64,000 bases of DNA from Macrostomum hystrix (taxonomy: Eukaryota; Animalia; Platyhelminthes). Below, piece by piece: positions 22,501 through 33,435 of this stretch. The DNA lies in assembly GCA_950097015.1 (NCBI GenBank), contig CATNEN010000007.1, positions 12,710,001-12,774,000 on the forward strand. The letters run 5' to 3'. Both the position numbers and the translations under genes were made by a program. Numbering within the stretch: the first letter of the stretch is position 1; every line of letters starts with the position of its first letter. The notes beneath the pieces are model-generated. The model was not told the DNA's origin. It was given only the letters and a program-made list of their open reading frames with translations, and did not search any database.

Positions 22501-24593
22501 GCAAGTGTGAAAGTGCTGACTCAATACTTGAAGACTACCTGCTCCATGCCGAACGTAAGGCAGGCACGGAGAATTTAACAAACTCGAAGTTACATTATGC
22601 AATTGCTGAATTTTCCGATGCACAGTACACATGTCTTGAAAATTACACTAAGTCTCAAGAATTTCAAGCTTGGTGTTCCGTCACGAAGCAATCCAAAGAG
22701 AATGCAATTGAGCTGATACAGGCTGGAGAGAAATCAAGGTTTACAAGTAGCCTAAATAGGCAGTCAAGAATTGACGACGATCGCATCGCTGACATTCAAC
22801 AACGCAAAGCCAGTTATCTTGTCTATACTGTCACAAACCTATCCAAATGCCTCATTGGCGGTGATACTTTCGACAAGTCTGTTTACAGGTTTGTTGACTT
22901 GTGGTTGAACAACACAGATGACTCAAAAGTGGCTGATAATGTCTACGCAACGCTTAAAAAAGTGAGACTTGACAAATTCATTCCGCTATTTCCACAACTA
23001 TCCGCTCGTCTGTCAGATTCTTCTGAAAAAAGCAACTTTCAGACCACTTTGAAGATTTTTTTACTTCGCGTTAGTTGTCTACATCCGCACCATACACTAT
23101 ACAATCTATTTGCACTAGCGCATGCCAACCTAGATAGCTCACTCACTGCGAAGGCCATGCAGACACCCAGGACGTCACTTGCGTCTAGCAATCCTATAGT
23201 TGACAGAGGAAAGGCAGCGGAAAAAATTATTAAGCAAGTTTCCACATTCAATGAGTCCTTAAGCGTCATTGTTAAGCTAGTGCGTCGATTTTGCTACACC
23301 TACATTGAACTGGCAAATGTGCAGCTTCAAAATGATGGGAAGTCTAAGAGTGGCACTCTCACTTCCCTGAATACTAAGTACGATCTAACAGCTCTTCGAG
23401 ATGTTTCTGTTTTACACATTCCAACAGTAACCTTAAATATCAACCCGCAAGGAAATTATCCAAACATTCTCTACGCTGTTCAATTTATTGACAAATACAG
23501 CACCGCCGGAGGAATCAATCTGCCGAAGATTATTAGCATCCAGTGCTCGGATGGAGTCGTCAGGCGCCAACTAATAAAAGGCAACGATGATATGCGCCAA
23601 GATGCTGTGATGCAGCAAGTTTTTACAGCGGTTAATCGCCTCCTTTGTGACAGCCCGGCAGCATCAAGACGTCAGCTGTACTTATCAACGTATAAAGTGG
23701 TTCCCATGAGCCAACGCAGTGGCATTGTTGAGTGGTGCGAAGGGACTATACCTATCGCAGCGTACCTTGCTCAAGGCTCAAAATCTGCTCACGTCAGGTA
23801 TCGACCAACTGACCTGACGCCGAATGCGGCACGCACGGCTATGGAAACTAGTTCAAAGACGAGTGTTCAAAATCGGATCACGACCTTCAAAGACATTTGC
23901 AGCAAATTGCAACCCGTGTTTCGCTACTTTTTCTTTGAACGATTTGTTGAGCCGCGTGAATTTTACCTCAGACGACTGACTTATACTCGCAGTGTAGCTG
24001 CATGGAGTATGGTTGGCTACATTCTCGGACTCGGGGATAGACACCTGAATAATATACTCGTGCACAACGAGACTGCCAATCTGTTCCACATTGACCTGGG
24101 CATCGCATTCGACCAGGGAAGACTATTGCCAACTCCGGAGACTATCCCGTTCCGCTTGACTCGCGACATCATTGATGGTCTTGGTGTGTTAAGGGTTGAA
24201 GGCGACTTTCGTCGCGCCTGTGAAATTACTTTGGCTTTACTACGTTCATCCACTGATGTCATCCTCACAATCTGCTCCATCTTGCTTCACGACCCACTTT
24301 ATCATTGGACGCTGAGTCCGGAGCGAGCGAACGCTCTGCAACTGAACATTTCCAAACCTCGACCGCGCTATGAGCACCTGGTTGGCCCAGGGGACACAGA
24401 CATCAAAGACGCTAGCGTCCCACAGCGCTCCCTTTTGGCTGAGCGTGTAATGCTTCGGCTGCGGGAAAAGCTCACCGGCCGGGAGGACAACTTCTCGCTA
24501 AACGTAGAGGGCCAAGTGAGCTACCTGATTAAGCAGGCAACTGACCAGCGGAACTTGGCGCTTGTGTTTCACGGTTGGCAGCCCTATTTGTAA
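16593..24593 (+). CDS. ATM: Serine/threonine kinase ATM/Tel1 (PIKK), 2666 aa, single coding exon
   Basis: Kinase motifs GGINLPKII, KGNDDMRQDAVMQQVF, TYKVVPMSQRSGIVEW, YTRSVAAWSMVGYILGLGDRHLNNIL, HIDLGIAFDQGRLLPTPETIPFRLTRD. FATC end VEGQVSYLIKQATDQRNLALVFHGWQPYL. TAN-like N-terminus. AATAAA at 24809 and 24821. Confidence 0.95.
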   Translation: MSSIFLGQIAALDGLRFEERMNFYEQLSMRLMSKNLVDELAASSTEGRVKFWSQSLQNLSRSAYQDFNQLKKVSDQRGPQHVVVVRKKKAILEAIKKLFSGCRSSGCAKNTEIVTFFITVLSDSSLRAMIGEDYASFLDSCVFSCKEFVCHVSDSVIESIHNSLQARLETKFCSKYLSLFSQLVILSSERSCLFVDASVLANWLVATVQDKDERLFHRMINAVDCLISHDYFAVFFSKICAFAQSLFRCYEQFFSSFMTTTHEAVCSFFYQFFSALATNREVQENCTELVLDLLNLQQPMLRLIIHLREEKFVSSVRFHRADKANDFPVFYRLLALLTTSGLSHDGTLGTDAALCHRNKRPKSSSALEEACDSIESASTDDVAIILDLKRIRGLLETKSVPNASVKRLQSTLTQIQNMHKVDVIVSLQISLLIDCLLKWNVQFDEDFMESIWKFSFSLMSRKSFRQQSFLLCEALSTSFIKDANSAVVSWLLFAFEQSLSARPAYIPLKDFCHIVNVCTRQINRDAPCDNATDRNCFCLSDSNLLKISEVIESTLQDCKPSNFNEFVDITISSAFLHCCNMIANEEVIAHTLSSLIRTGNCLSDKCDLYYFADQLGDFVKVLQPFLNSGASQLIRSFLQEAKVMFFNLLTTNGVSERDSTVLRLEDEVDFSPSCDDTLSANDFTSPCNFAVNRQERLRHSLLKAYLRLTTSLNYQNYEEVTESLKVITQGLSFQTRSSDLYSFVVFFVNDFIQFSSSTANATNQYIMTTFDLLRCGFRNFRKNQQVIAQFCEILAHFIEKLGKTSHERQENYLNFCQELLIVIILSQNDVTCCTSLLKSLSHCVVRMCRQRPDLLCREFKGKTLFCFALELVGHFCQSIAMTASDILRWVDWKDPAQSNTVIGFIKGLFSIEVSVEDADFLIDLKRFRVSIAQHALTVVLTTSPSSKRGRHLNSVVQMHQSGLLDFKSAKNVIEATVASSRDYATKLYIIVCLSEWLASNKLSLFPVTIFDYSSVQQFVSECLYECISAAVQINLSVQQVADIASQPAKQILKSCQTSVFAPTFTRCFLSKDASSVGRLKTAISFPNGRDESTCRDLGRFLMTACCFLPCNLAVEGNTIEELIKFCCFSISNSQTSNPLEPFVKGGSVSDLVTNICCASIEFWSTCDEEFSLVSLLSSCIVLNYLVKLSTNNPNLFTLLDFRQLLNVLLMAAQKLAGNSNVSNRHAVLSCFDSTLLAITTLLENSVLPERFNGSLIVVNVLANLRQNTMTNSQLHQISKILSCFLRLSNERYCKEIISELDLPMLIAESSLCGSIFSALVSKASIFKVINAVFNSYSSISVSSYLKSTGWFGFVTALEQRLEASETVEHHEMIVRIAKAFHQITVDGVIKDYKSFDLAESTSHTMLSAKLMCGGCLLHKNCQFSQQLFVIKVLINSTFSQVVEEKEAAIVCLQKLMQTDLARSAVKHTEDAEVREICRAISALGPICQEREVRRRCDWISQSATLNDVISTLTNHHLPFIVWIENVIKTIFKTHSLSSSFVLELQYLVGFSVRFCESIFFCVLSEFLLQSPSSGIENFTEALSSFLANCRCERKLRQLTSFILLLHSSRMFNETSPEQDRVSLPSIRIPYLKASSASLRLNDAYLANLFLECHFSSVLTLSAEAETILLTLVSHLANEDAVLGCQRLLSDYKTPLNLKHELLGLEFFATSEERKDFLGCCLQNFSVWTQPDVAGHSTLSNLPCARSTEGEFWSHLNLANEYLLSGNHMSASLILNTLDKASSDFNQVFVDSNRLLFDFVEKRTALSCFRRLLNAIDDKSRQDLSLFFLSYAEEQASNFQFCKHYKTLAVHWNLNKTILQLSKPDCHNLQQFVHHCVILKDIFVSLNCTNKAQSFVSALSSKLSTQYLPDFLLHLVKFEESSLYWETGEKDVALLLGKRCLTALESFATDNISVDAYLNVVRRYSQWLNESKCESADSILEDYLLHAERKAGTENLTNSKLHYAIAEFSDAQYTCLENYTKSQEFQAWCSVTKQSKENAIELIQAGEKSRFTSSLNRQSRIDDDRIADIQQRKASYLVYTVTNLSKCLIGGDTFDKSVYRFVDLWLNNTDDSKVADNVYATLKKVRLDKFIPLFPQLSARLSDSSEKSNFQTTLKIFLLRVSCLHPHHTLYNLFALAHANLDSSLTAKAMQTPRTSLASSNPIVDRGKAAEKIIKQVSTFNESLSVIVKLVRRFCYTYIELANVQLQNDGKSKSGTLTSLNTKYDLTALRDVSVLHIPTVTLNINPQGNYPNILYAVQFIDKYSTAGGINLPKIISIQCSDGVVRRQLIKGNDDMRQDAVMQQVFTAVNRLLCDSPAASRRQLYLSTYKVVPMSQRSGIVEWCEGTIPIAAYLAQGSKSAHVRYRPTDLTPNAARTAMETSSKTSVQNRITTFKDICSKLQPVFRYFFFERFVEPREFYLRRLTYTRSVAAWSMVGYILGLGDRHLNNILVHNETANLFHIDLGIAFDQGRLLPTPETIPFRLTRDIIDGLGVLRVEGDFRRACEITLALLRSSTDVILTICSILLHDPLYHWTLSPERANALQLNISKPRPRYEHLVGPGDTDIKDASVPQRSLLAERVMLRLREKLTGREDNFSLNVEGQVSYLIKQATDQRNLALVFHGWQPYL

Positions 24594-25257
24594 TTAAGCA
24601 GTAGAACTAGCTGTACGCATCTTGGCTCATTGGCAGGTTTTTTACATGTTTTTGTGCAATTACATTTTAATCACTAACTGTTCTTTGTCATGTTTTTCTG
24701 TATGCTTTATTTTTCATTTTTCTTTTTCTGCCTGAGAAAACACTCAGATTTGTATTTGTTTCAAGCCCCTATTAAGTACAACTTTTATGAGATAAGGCTG
24801 TTCATAGGAATAAAGACAAAAATAAAGCTTGTAGTCAGAAAAACCTAGGTAAGAAAGAAAGACTTACAGTGGGTTTTTAGGAAAAGTTAAGCTTATTTCT
24901 GCGTTTAGGATTGGAATGTGCGCGATTCACATAGCGCGAACTGTACCCGTCTCTGCTCAATTCAATTAATATCATATATAAAAATCATAAAAATGTTTTA
25001 TTTTACATTTTTGCGACTCTGTTAGCCTTTTAATTCTCCTAATTCTGCACTTAGTGATTTTGAAAGTAATTTCTGTGAACTTTTGGAATATCCCTGTTGG
25101 ATTTGCAGCTGTTCTTATGCATTTCTAGTGCATCTACATGTTTTCGTTCACCTTTTTGAATGTTAGCAAGCATTGTGCTCTTTCTTGTATTTACTTTAAT
25201 ATATGTGGACAGTCAAGTTGCTGCCACCAGTCATTTAGGTCCAAGTGACCAGTTCAA

Positions 25258-26186
25258 GGACTCCAGTCTCTAAATGGCAATCCTTAGGACCCTGGACTCC
25301 CGTCTCTAAATGGCAATCCTTAGGACCCTGGACTCCCGTCTCTAAATTGCAATCCTTAGGACCCTGGACTCCAGTCTCTAAATAGCAATCCTTAGGACCC
25401 TGGACTCCAGTCTCTAAATTGCAATCCTTAGGACCCTGGACTCCAGTCTCTAAATAGCAATCCTTAGGACCCTGGACTCCAGTCTCTAAATAGCAATCCT
25501 TAGGACCCTGGACTCCAGTCTATAAATAGCAATCCTTAGGACCCTGGACTCCAGTCTATAAATAGCAATCCTTAGGACCCTGGACTCTAGTCTCTAAATA
25601 GCAATCCTTAGGACCCTGGACTCCAGTCTCTAAATAGCAATCCTTAGGACCCTGGACTCCAGTCTCTAAATAGCAATCCTTAGGACCCTGGACTCCAGTC
25701 TCTAAATAGCAATCCTTAGGACCCTGGACTCCAGTCTCTAAATAGCAATCCTTAGGACCCTGGACTCCAGTCTCTAAATGGCAATCCTTAGGACCCTGGA
25801 CTCCAGTCTCTAAATAGCAATCCTTAGGACCCTGGACTCTAGTCTCTAAATAGCAATCCTTAGGACCCTGGACTCCAGTCTCTAAATAGCAATCCTTAGG
25901 ACCCTGGACTCTAGTCTCTAAATAGCAATCCTTAGGACCCTGGACTCCAGTCTCTAAATAGCAATCCTTAGGACCCTGGACTCTAGTCTCTAAATAGCAA
26001 TCCTTAGGACCCTGGACTCCAGTCTCTAAATAGCAATCCTTAGGACCCTGGACTCTAGTCTCTAAATAGCAATCCTTAGGACCCTGGACTCCAGTCTCTA
26101 AATAGCAATCCTTAGGACCCTGGACTCTAGTCCCTGAACAAAAATTCATGGGACTTTGTACTCCAGTCCCTAAATAGCAACCCCTA
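25258..26186. repeat. 36-bp minisatellite (GGACTCCAGTCTCTAAATAGCAATCCTTAGGACCCT), ~25 copies
   Basis: Visible tandem array. Followed by GGTGGAACCCTG, which resembles a hAT-type end (weak). Confidence 0.95.
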
Positions 26187-26239
26187 GGTGGAACCCTGGC
26201 TTTCAGTCCTTAAACTAATATTTTTAATCAAGCATCTTA

Positions 26240-26358
26240 CGAGGGGTGTTTCAAAAGTAACGAGAATTTAGTCATAACTTTTTATTGGATAAATTTTTTA
26301 ACTTGAAATTTTTACCTTGCAATTACGAGTACTTTCGTTTCTTTTGAAACACCCCTCG
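26240..26358. mobile_element. 119-bp mariner-type MITE
   Basis: Perfect 18-bp TIR CGAGGGGTGTTTCAAAAG / CTTTTGAAACACCCCTCG with TA on both sides. Confidence 0.92.
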
Positions 26359-27251
26359 TAGATGTTAATTTTTATGCCGTTCTAAGAATCGGCAGAGCAA
26401 TGAAGCCAACAAATTATAAGAGTCACTAATAATGCAAGTGACATTGTCATTAACGTTTTTTGTATTCCTATTCCAGCTGCCATTTTGCTTTGATTTTTGC
26501 TCTTCCCGCAAATTTTCTTCTTGCTAATTCTTTATCATTTAATTTACCTTATTTCAATCATAAATAAACAATGTCGGTGCTTGCTCTGCTCAATTCTAAG
26601 AGCCCAATATTCGTATTCTTGCTCGTATTTTTGTCGTCGTTTTTTCAATTATGTTTGTGCCAAATGAAAATATTTATTCTACTATTTTTTTGCTGTGAAA
26701 CAACTGAATTCTCGGCTTGCTTATCATAATCGCAGTCAGCGTAGTTTTGTGTACGGGCGTAGGTAAATCACAGATAACTAAGCAGTTATTTAAGTATTTA
26801 TTATTGGCAGTTACTTATTAACATAAATTAAGAACAGTATACAAGATATACAGTCGTATACTGTATATGACATCACATCTGGACAATACAATAACAATTG
26901 AAGCTTCTCACAGGTAGGAATATATATTTTTTATTGTACAATAATTTTTCATCTGCTGAGTCGGCCTCTGATTTGGTAGTTTTTCACATAATATTAGCTG
27001 CGTAAAAAATGCTACCTATCTGTTTACTCTTAAATCATTGATTGGAAGAGGTTGCACATAAAACTGTTAATGATTACCTGTTGGTCGGGAGGATTGTTGA
27101 GGGGACACTAGTGAACAAGGCCAGAATTAGTTTTTATCGAAACTCCGGGAATTTTCTGCATGTTGAAAATCCAGGGTTTGAGGAGCAGGGGATTAATTAT
27201 CAATGAAAATAAGGATTTTATCCTGCTGTCTAGACTCTGCCAAGCCAAGCA

Positions 27252-28467
27252 TCAGCGGTTACGGCTGCGCCGCTCGGCGATGATGGTTGCCGATGATGAG
27301 TTCGATATGGCCATCACCTCATCGCAAGTAATGGCATCGGTTGAACTGGACTTCGGGCTGTTGCTGGACACATCGATGGTCTCGGCGAGGCTGATAGCTG
27401 ACATCTTGCTCGCCACCTCCTCAGAGGTGTTGGGTTTGGCTGCTGGGGGCACCCGGTACCATACTTGCTGGCGCATTGCCGGCAGGCTGCTATTTCGAAC
27501 GGGCTGTGCCATTAGCGGCTGGTTTTCACCTGCCAGCGACTGCTGCATCAGAGAACGAGGCAGGTCGATTGTTTCAAACAGGTCAGTGGCAAGCACTGCG
27601 TGCTGGCTGACCATCGCTGAATCATTAGATGGCGGAACTGCCTTTCTTCCACTAAAACCACAGACGCCGCTTCCACCGGAATCCTTAAATCCACCACCGC
27701 CGAGGTCACTTCGGACACCACCTCTGCCGCCGCGGCGCAAACGCTGCTGGAACGATCGGGGCTGCCGGGAGGACTGCCAATTGACGGGTTGGCCGGTCCG
27801 CTCCAGCTTCTGCCTGGCCTCGAACAGCTCGCGCTCCGTTCGGCGCTCTCGGTGCTGCACAGTCTCAGCCAGCCGGCGCCCCTCTGACACGGCGAGACGC
27901 GCTTTGTGCACCTCCCGACGGGCCTCTTCTCGCAGCTGGTTGGTCTTGTTCGCTGCCTCCTCCAGGCGGTATTCTGCGTCCGCCAGCTTCTTTTCCTTCA
28001 ACAACAGTGCCCTGCTCAGACTGGCAGTTCGTCGGGACAAACAGCCCAGCTCGTGGCGTTGAAGCTTGTCCGCAGTACGCAGATCGTCTCGCTCAGTGCG
28101 TAGTCGCTCGTAGTCATCCAGAAGGTGCCTAAATTTATCGCGAAATTCCATTGTAGAAAATTTTGTTTAAGATTAGTGACCGACGCAAATAATGCTGCTT
28201 AAAGACGGAACAGTATATCTCACAAGCTCACTTGAACAGCACCAGAACATCTTCTCCGGAAAACAGCATCGCTGCTTTGCATGCCAAATGTTTTCCCAGC
28301 CGCAAGCAATCTGGCAGCTCGAAACCCAGCTGTTGCAGCCGCTTGGACATGACGCCCACAAGGCACACAGCCAGGTGCTCGGGCGTTTCCGGGCAGGCCT
28401 GCAGCTCCTGCTCTCGAATAGACAAAAGAGTGGAGCAATACGAGTCGGCTGTTGCGTCGGAGTCCAT
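27252..28467 (-). CDS. Coiled-coil protein, ADIP/SSX2IP(Msd1)-like (CEP135/CEP70-type N-terminus also possible), ~370 aa; exons 28467-28232 and 28128-27252
   Basis: Donor AA|GTGAGC and acceptor TTTAG|G are phase-2 compatible, giving LFK-HLLDDYER; total 1113 nt. KRLQQLGF, VLVLFKHLL and QHRERRTERELFEARQKL flank a long coiled coil as in the ADIP domain. Confidence 0.6.
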
Positions 28468-29509
28468 TATATTGCCCTTTAAAATTAATGTTAATTTGTT
28501 CGATAAACTGGCGGTGAAACTCACTTCGTTTTTATTCGTTCAATCACCCTCGACCCTCGTAAAAGCGCTGATGTCTATGGAAAAATTACCGACATCATTC
28601 GGACATCGGATTACGAGTCGTAGAATTTTAAGACTTCTTTTAAAAGACATTTTTTATATTTGTACATATCTAAGTCGGGCTAGCTCCAGAGACTTAAGTG
28701 TAAGCTGCCGAGGGAGATGCAGATTGGTGCCTCCGAAGATCACGCAGGATGAAACCAGAGTTCAGTTCCATTTGCCAGTTTTTTACTTTAGCTACTTTAC
28801 TTTTAGCTACTTTAGCTACTTTACTTTAGCTACGAACGAAAAAGTGACTTTTAGATTGCAACAATGAGAACGAAAAATATGTACTCGTAACAGTAGTCTT
28901 TGGGCAGACCTTATTGGACCAGCATGCATAGCGCATTGCAGAAATCTACATTTCGTGCAACCAGCCCACTTAACAAGCTTGGTCTAAAACAAGCAGCTCG
29001 TGCTTTCTTTTGTATCTTCTGCAAGTTGAGTTTATTACTTGGTTGCGACGGACAAAGCATTCTATGCAGAGAATTGTGCTATTTTAGAAGACAAGAACGG
29101 CATACTTGCTAAAATAACTTTTTTGCACTGGGCATTAATAAATTCTGCTTTTGCAAAATACGCTTGCAAACACCTAAAGCGGGCTTTCTTTGGAGTAGAG
29201 CATCGAATAGCCACCCAACTAGAAATAAAAAATGCACATTGCAAGTACCTTGTTAGATGCATGGCATGATATTCTGCACATTTGTTCAGTTGTTCGAGTT
29301 TGTAAATAGGTCATTTCTATTTTGCACGGGTAAAATAAGCATTTTTAAACCAAAAATATCTTGAAAATCGTGATGTTAATTGTTCCTACTAATTGGAGCT
29401 ATCCAAGCTAATGGAGAGTTATTTAATCGCTTTGTACCGAGCTCGATGCCCGCTTGCCAACCGGCAGTTCCAATTACCTAATTCCACGTTGCCACAGCTC
29501 ACTCGCAAC

Positions 29510-30031
29510 ATGCCTTCCCGAACAAAGGGATTCTCGCCCTTCAACTGGCTGCGACTCGGCCGCTCGCGCCACCTGCTGGACTCCGGCCACATCATCAGCA
29601 GAGACCAGAGTTGCCAAACCGATGATGCTACGCTTAGCGATTACTCCGGCAACGGATCTACAAGGCCTAGCCTATGCAGCAGTGACACACAGTTGAGCGC
29701 GAGCCTGAACCCAATGCCGCCATCGGCTGGCGGTGCTGAGGCCCAGCAGCTGCAGAGCAACAGCGAATATCACATCGTTAGCATTAAATATGCGCTACTG
29801 ATGGAGCAGAGCAGAACTTACGAAGCCATGAAGAAGAAAACAGATCCGAAAAAGAAGAGGCTGCATAATAGACGGTCGTCGGATTGCAATTATTCGGACG
29901 TGGATCTGTCGAGCGTCTGCAGGCGCAGTGGGACCTTGGCCTGGATCTGGGATGCCGGAGAGAGCGACTTCGTGGACTACAGACTGGAGCGCCGGCGGCG
30001 GAAGCGGCGGAATAGAGAAATCGGGTGGTAG
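29510..30031 (+). CDS. Hypothetical protein (~173 aa), low-complexity and basic
   Basis: GC-rich ORF island in AT-rich DNA, ATG preceded by a CACAG acceptor-like site, divergent from the coiled-coil gene. No family recognised. Confidence 0.4.
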   Translation: MPSRTKGFSPFNWLRLGRSRHLLDSGHIISRDQSCQTDDATLSDYSGNGSTRPSLCSSDTQLSASLNPMPPSAGGAEAQQLQSNSEYHIVSIKYALLMEQSRTYEAMKKKTDPKKKRLHNRRSSDCNYSDVDLSSVCRRSGTLAWIWDAGESDFVDYRLERRRRKRRNREIGW

Positions 30032-33000
30032 TGGTCACGAAAAGGAATAATTAACTTTCTGTATTGCTACTCGTAGTTAATCTATACTGCGCCATCAATG
30101 CTTTGGACAGCTTCTATACCTATCTTAAACGCTAGCTACAGTTGTGTCAATTAAGTACTTCGCCTCTAATAAGCGATGAATACCCAGTTTTGGTTGGATT
30201 GTATGTTGCTCAACAATTAATGTTGCCCAGTTGTAAAAAGGGTGTTACCAGTGTTAGCAGCTGGGGTAGAAGTTTGGGTATGTGAGGCGGCTCCAGTCCA
30301 TGGACCAAATTAAACGGCTATAGCATGCACAGAATCACGAATATGCAGATTATATTACTCACGAACGAATTACAATCGAGTCTGTAATCTAAATTTCTCG
30401 TTTTTAGTCTTATCTATTATTAATTAGACATTCATTGTACTCATCATACACATATAAATATACACATCATTACTTTTATTATTTCTACTAAGTTAGTAGC
30501 GTAATTGGAATTCACTATCTCAATTTTATTAATAAAGAATCCTAATGATTGCGCAAATAATTGCAACAATTTCAATAATGCTCGCAATGGTATTGAGCTG
30601 CAAAATAGCACCAGGTATATAACAAATCTGCAGAACTAGGGCTTATTTCGTTGCTTCTTGAGATCTTTAACAAAAACTGAATTTCGAGAATTTATTGTTT
30701 TATTTTTGCAACGGAGAACATTGCATAAGGGCTAGGGGCTCTGGTCATAGTCGATAACTCATATCGAGATGATACTGAGTCAAAGGATGGTAAATGTAAG
30801 TAGCCAGTATAATAGCAAGGGCCTATACAGCTTTATTATTTATTAGATCAGATATAATTGTATCTATTGTTTTTAGCTGACTCCATCAATTATTATACAC
30901 AACTACAAGTCATAAGACCTGCTCATTTGTAATAATCTGGAATCGGCTTCAAGAATCTTTGACTTACGAGCATAAGGTAAGGTAAAATAATATAACGAAC
31001 GGAAGTAGAACATTGCCATTATTAAGACAGGCGGCCATAGCCTATAGGCCTAGCCAGTACCACACAGCAAGCTACATGCCTGTCTATGATAGTTTGCTAA
31101 CTATTATAATTCACTTAGTATAAAGGTTGAAGACGCTCTCTACAATTATTGAAGCTGAGCCTAATTTCATGCATTTTAGTGCTGTAATAAATTATGGATT
31201 CTGGGTGCTGTTTAATATGCCTAGGCCTATATTTAGGCTTAGGCTTTAGCTATGTGACCATGTCAGTGGAACCACTGTCAGTGACTTGTGCCTTGTGGTA
31301 CCGAGTTTGTAGCCATATTTGATTTAATATAGACCTAGCTAGTTAAATTACTTTTTAAGCAATTTAATTAATTATAGGGCCTAATTTTAATTCTAATTCA
31401 ATTCAAAAGTGAGCAGAATTCACTGTGGAATTGAATTGAACAGTTGAATAGTCAACTGTTTGACTCATACTAGGCCTATACTCTACTAGCTGTCTGCATG
31501 CAAACCCGAAAGAATTGTCAGCTAGAGTTAGACTGAGCTATATGAAGAGGCAATATATTGATTATAGACTGTCCTAGCCTTCAATTCTAGTGATACTGAT
31601 AATACTTTTGCTAGGCCTATATGTGGTTTAGTTTTATTTGGCTGAAAACCTTCCTTAAAGAGCTTGTCAAACATTAATTAGCTAGGCCTATAAGTTAGTT
31701 ATTCAAATAACTAAAAGAATATTTTTAAGCTAGGGTAGCTACCTATAAAATGTTGGTCAAATGGTTATTTAGCATTAGCTAGTTAGCTATATTTAGCTAT
31801 AAGACAAAGAGTGGTGACTTTGCTTTGCCTAGCTATTGTTCAACTTTTGTGCCCAGCTAGCTACAGTCATAGGCCTAGGCATGTGTAATACTTGGGCTGA
31901 CACCCATATTGGCATAGCAGTACTATTATTAAAAGGTTAATCATAATAAAACTTAATGCTATACTCTTATACCAAAACTTTAATGCTCACATTTCGTGTC
32001 CTTAGTGTGGTAGTTTTTTTAATCTAGCTAGGCCTAGTAAGGTAACTAAATACTATTAAAATTTTGGCAATCTTCAAGAATTATATGCTAAACCCAAGTT
32101 CAAATGAAATTGTAGATAAGCTTTCAATAGATAAGCTGGACTAGTTGTGCCAGACTGATCTTTAAGTCCTTGTGGATCAACACCTACAACTGAAAGTCTT
32201 TGTAGTCCCTAGCAAAGCTACCAAAATACTGCTCATTTGTTTGACATTGAATGTGCATCGCATTGTCACCTACTGGACAATGGCTGCAGGTGTGTTGGTT
32301 TTGAATTAAGCAATATGTCACTAGCCAACTGATTAATGCAGTTGAATATTTTCAGATTTTTAGAAATAGACATTCACTTTTTTTCTTGATTGCCCCAGCA
32401 GATGGAGATTGTTTCCTTGGATCCCATGTCATGACACACTTTTGCACAGATCTTAGCAAATGATTCTTGAAGCCAAAGTTTTGAATGTCTAGTTAATAAT
32501 CTATGAGTATAATTGTAGCCAGATTCAAAATACTAGGGCTCTATAGCCTATTGCACTGTATGTGTGTCCTAAGCAACTAATAACTATTAGGCCTAACTAT
32601 TATAGTGTCAAGTTAGCTATTATTTTTCATTAGGCCTATTTAAATGTGTTTTACTTTTAACTCTTAGTAGTAGCTAGATGTTTATGTATCTATATTTTGT
32701 TTTTTTATTATAAATTAGTGTTATATAATCACCATGCAAGCAGTAATCAACAAGCAAGACTGAATTGTGCATTTGCATGTGAAGGTGACCTTACTATTGT
32801 CTGCTACAGTGGACTTAAAAGTGGTCATGTCTATTTTCAAGAAAATTTAGTTGTGAGGCTGTTAAAAGCTTATCTTCACCATAGATAATTGTCATGCCTC
32901 TGTGTCTTATGGATTTTTTGTGGGCCTTTCAGCAGGCCTATGCCCTAGGGTATATGCCCTTTACACTTACTGTAAACAAGCCATTCACCAACTGTAGTTG

Positions 33001-33435
33001 AAATCTTGAAAGTTTTTTAACATGAATTTCAAAATCTGCTTGCTGCTGGTTGGTTAGCCTGCCAACTCATCCATTTCATGGGGCTGCATGCCTAGAAATC
33101 AGTACCCAAGCCTTGCTTGGTAGATAATCACATGGTCTTAAATTTACACCACATTACTGTCCAATAGAGATAAAGTTGTTACTGCACAGACTGAATGTAC
33201 AGAAAGCTGCAGGAAACTGTTCATTGATGTTTATTGACTTGCCTGGCTCAGTGGCTGTACTTCTGCTGCATGATGCTCTTCGAAATGTCGGAAATGCTAG
33301 GCAGATAAATTTTTATGCATAAAGTTTGGTCTCTGTCCAGAATTTTGTTCTATAAGTCAGCAAAAACATAATGGCATCAGCAACTGGCGCCCCTTTCCCT
33401 ACGTTTTGCCCGCCTCAGCGCCACATCCTGCTGCC

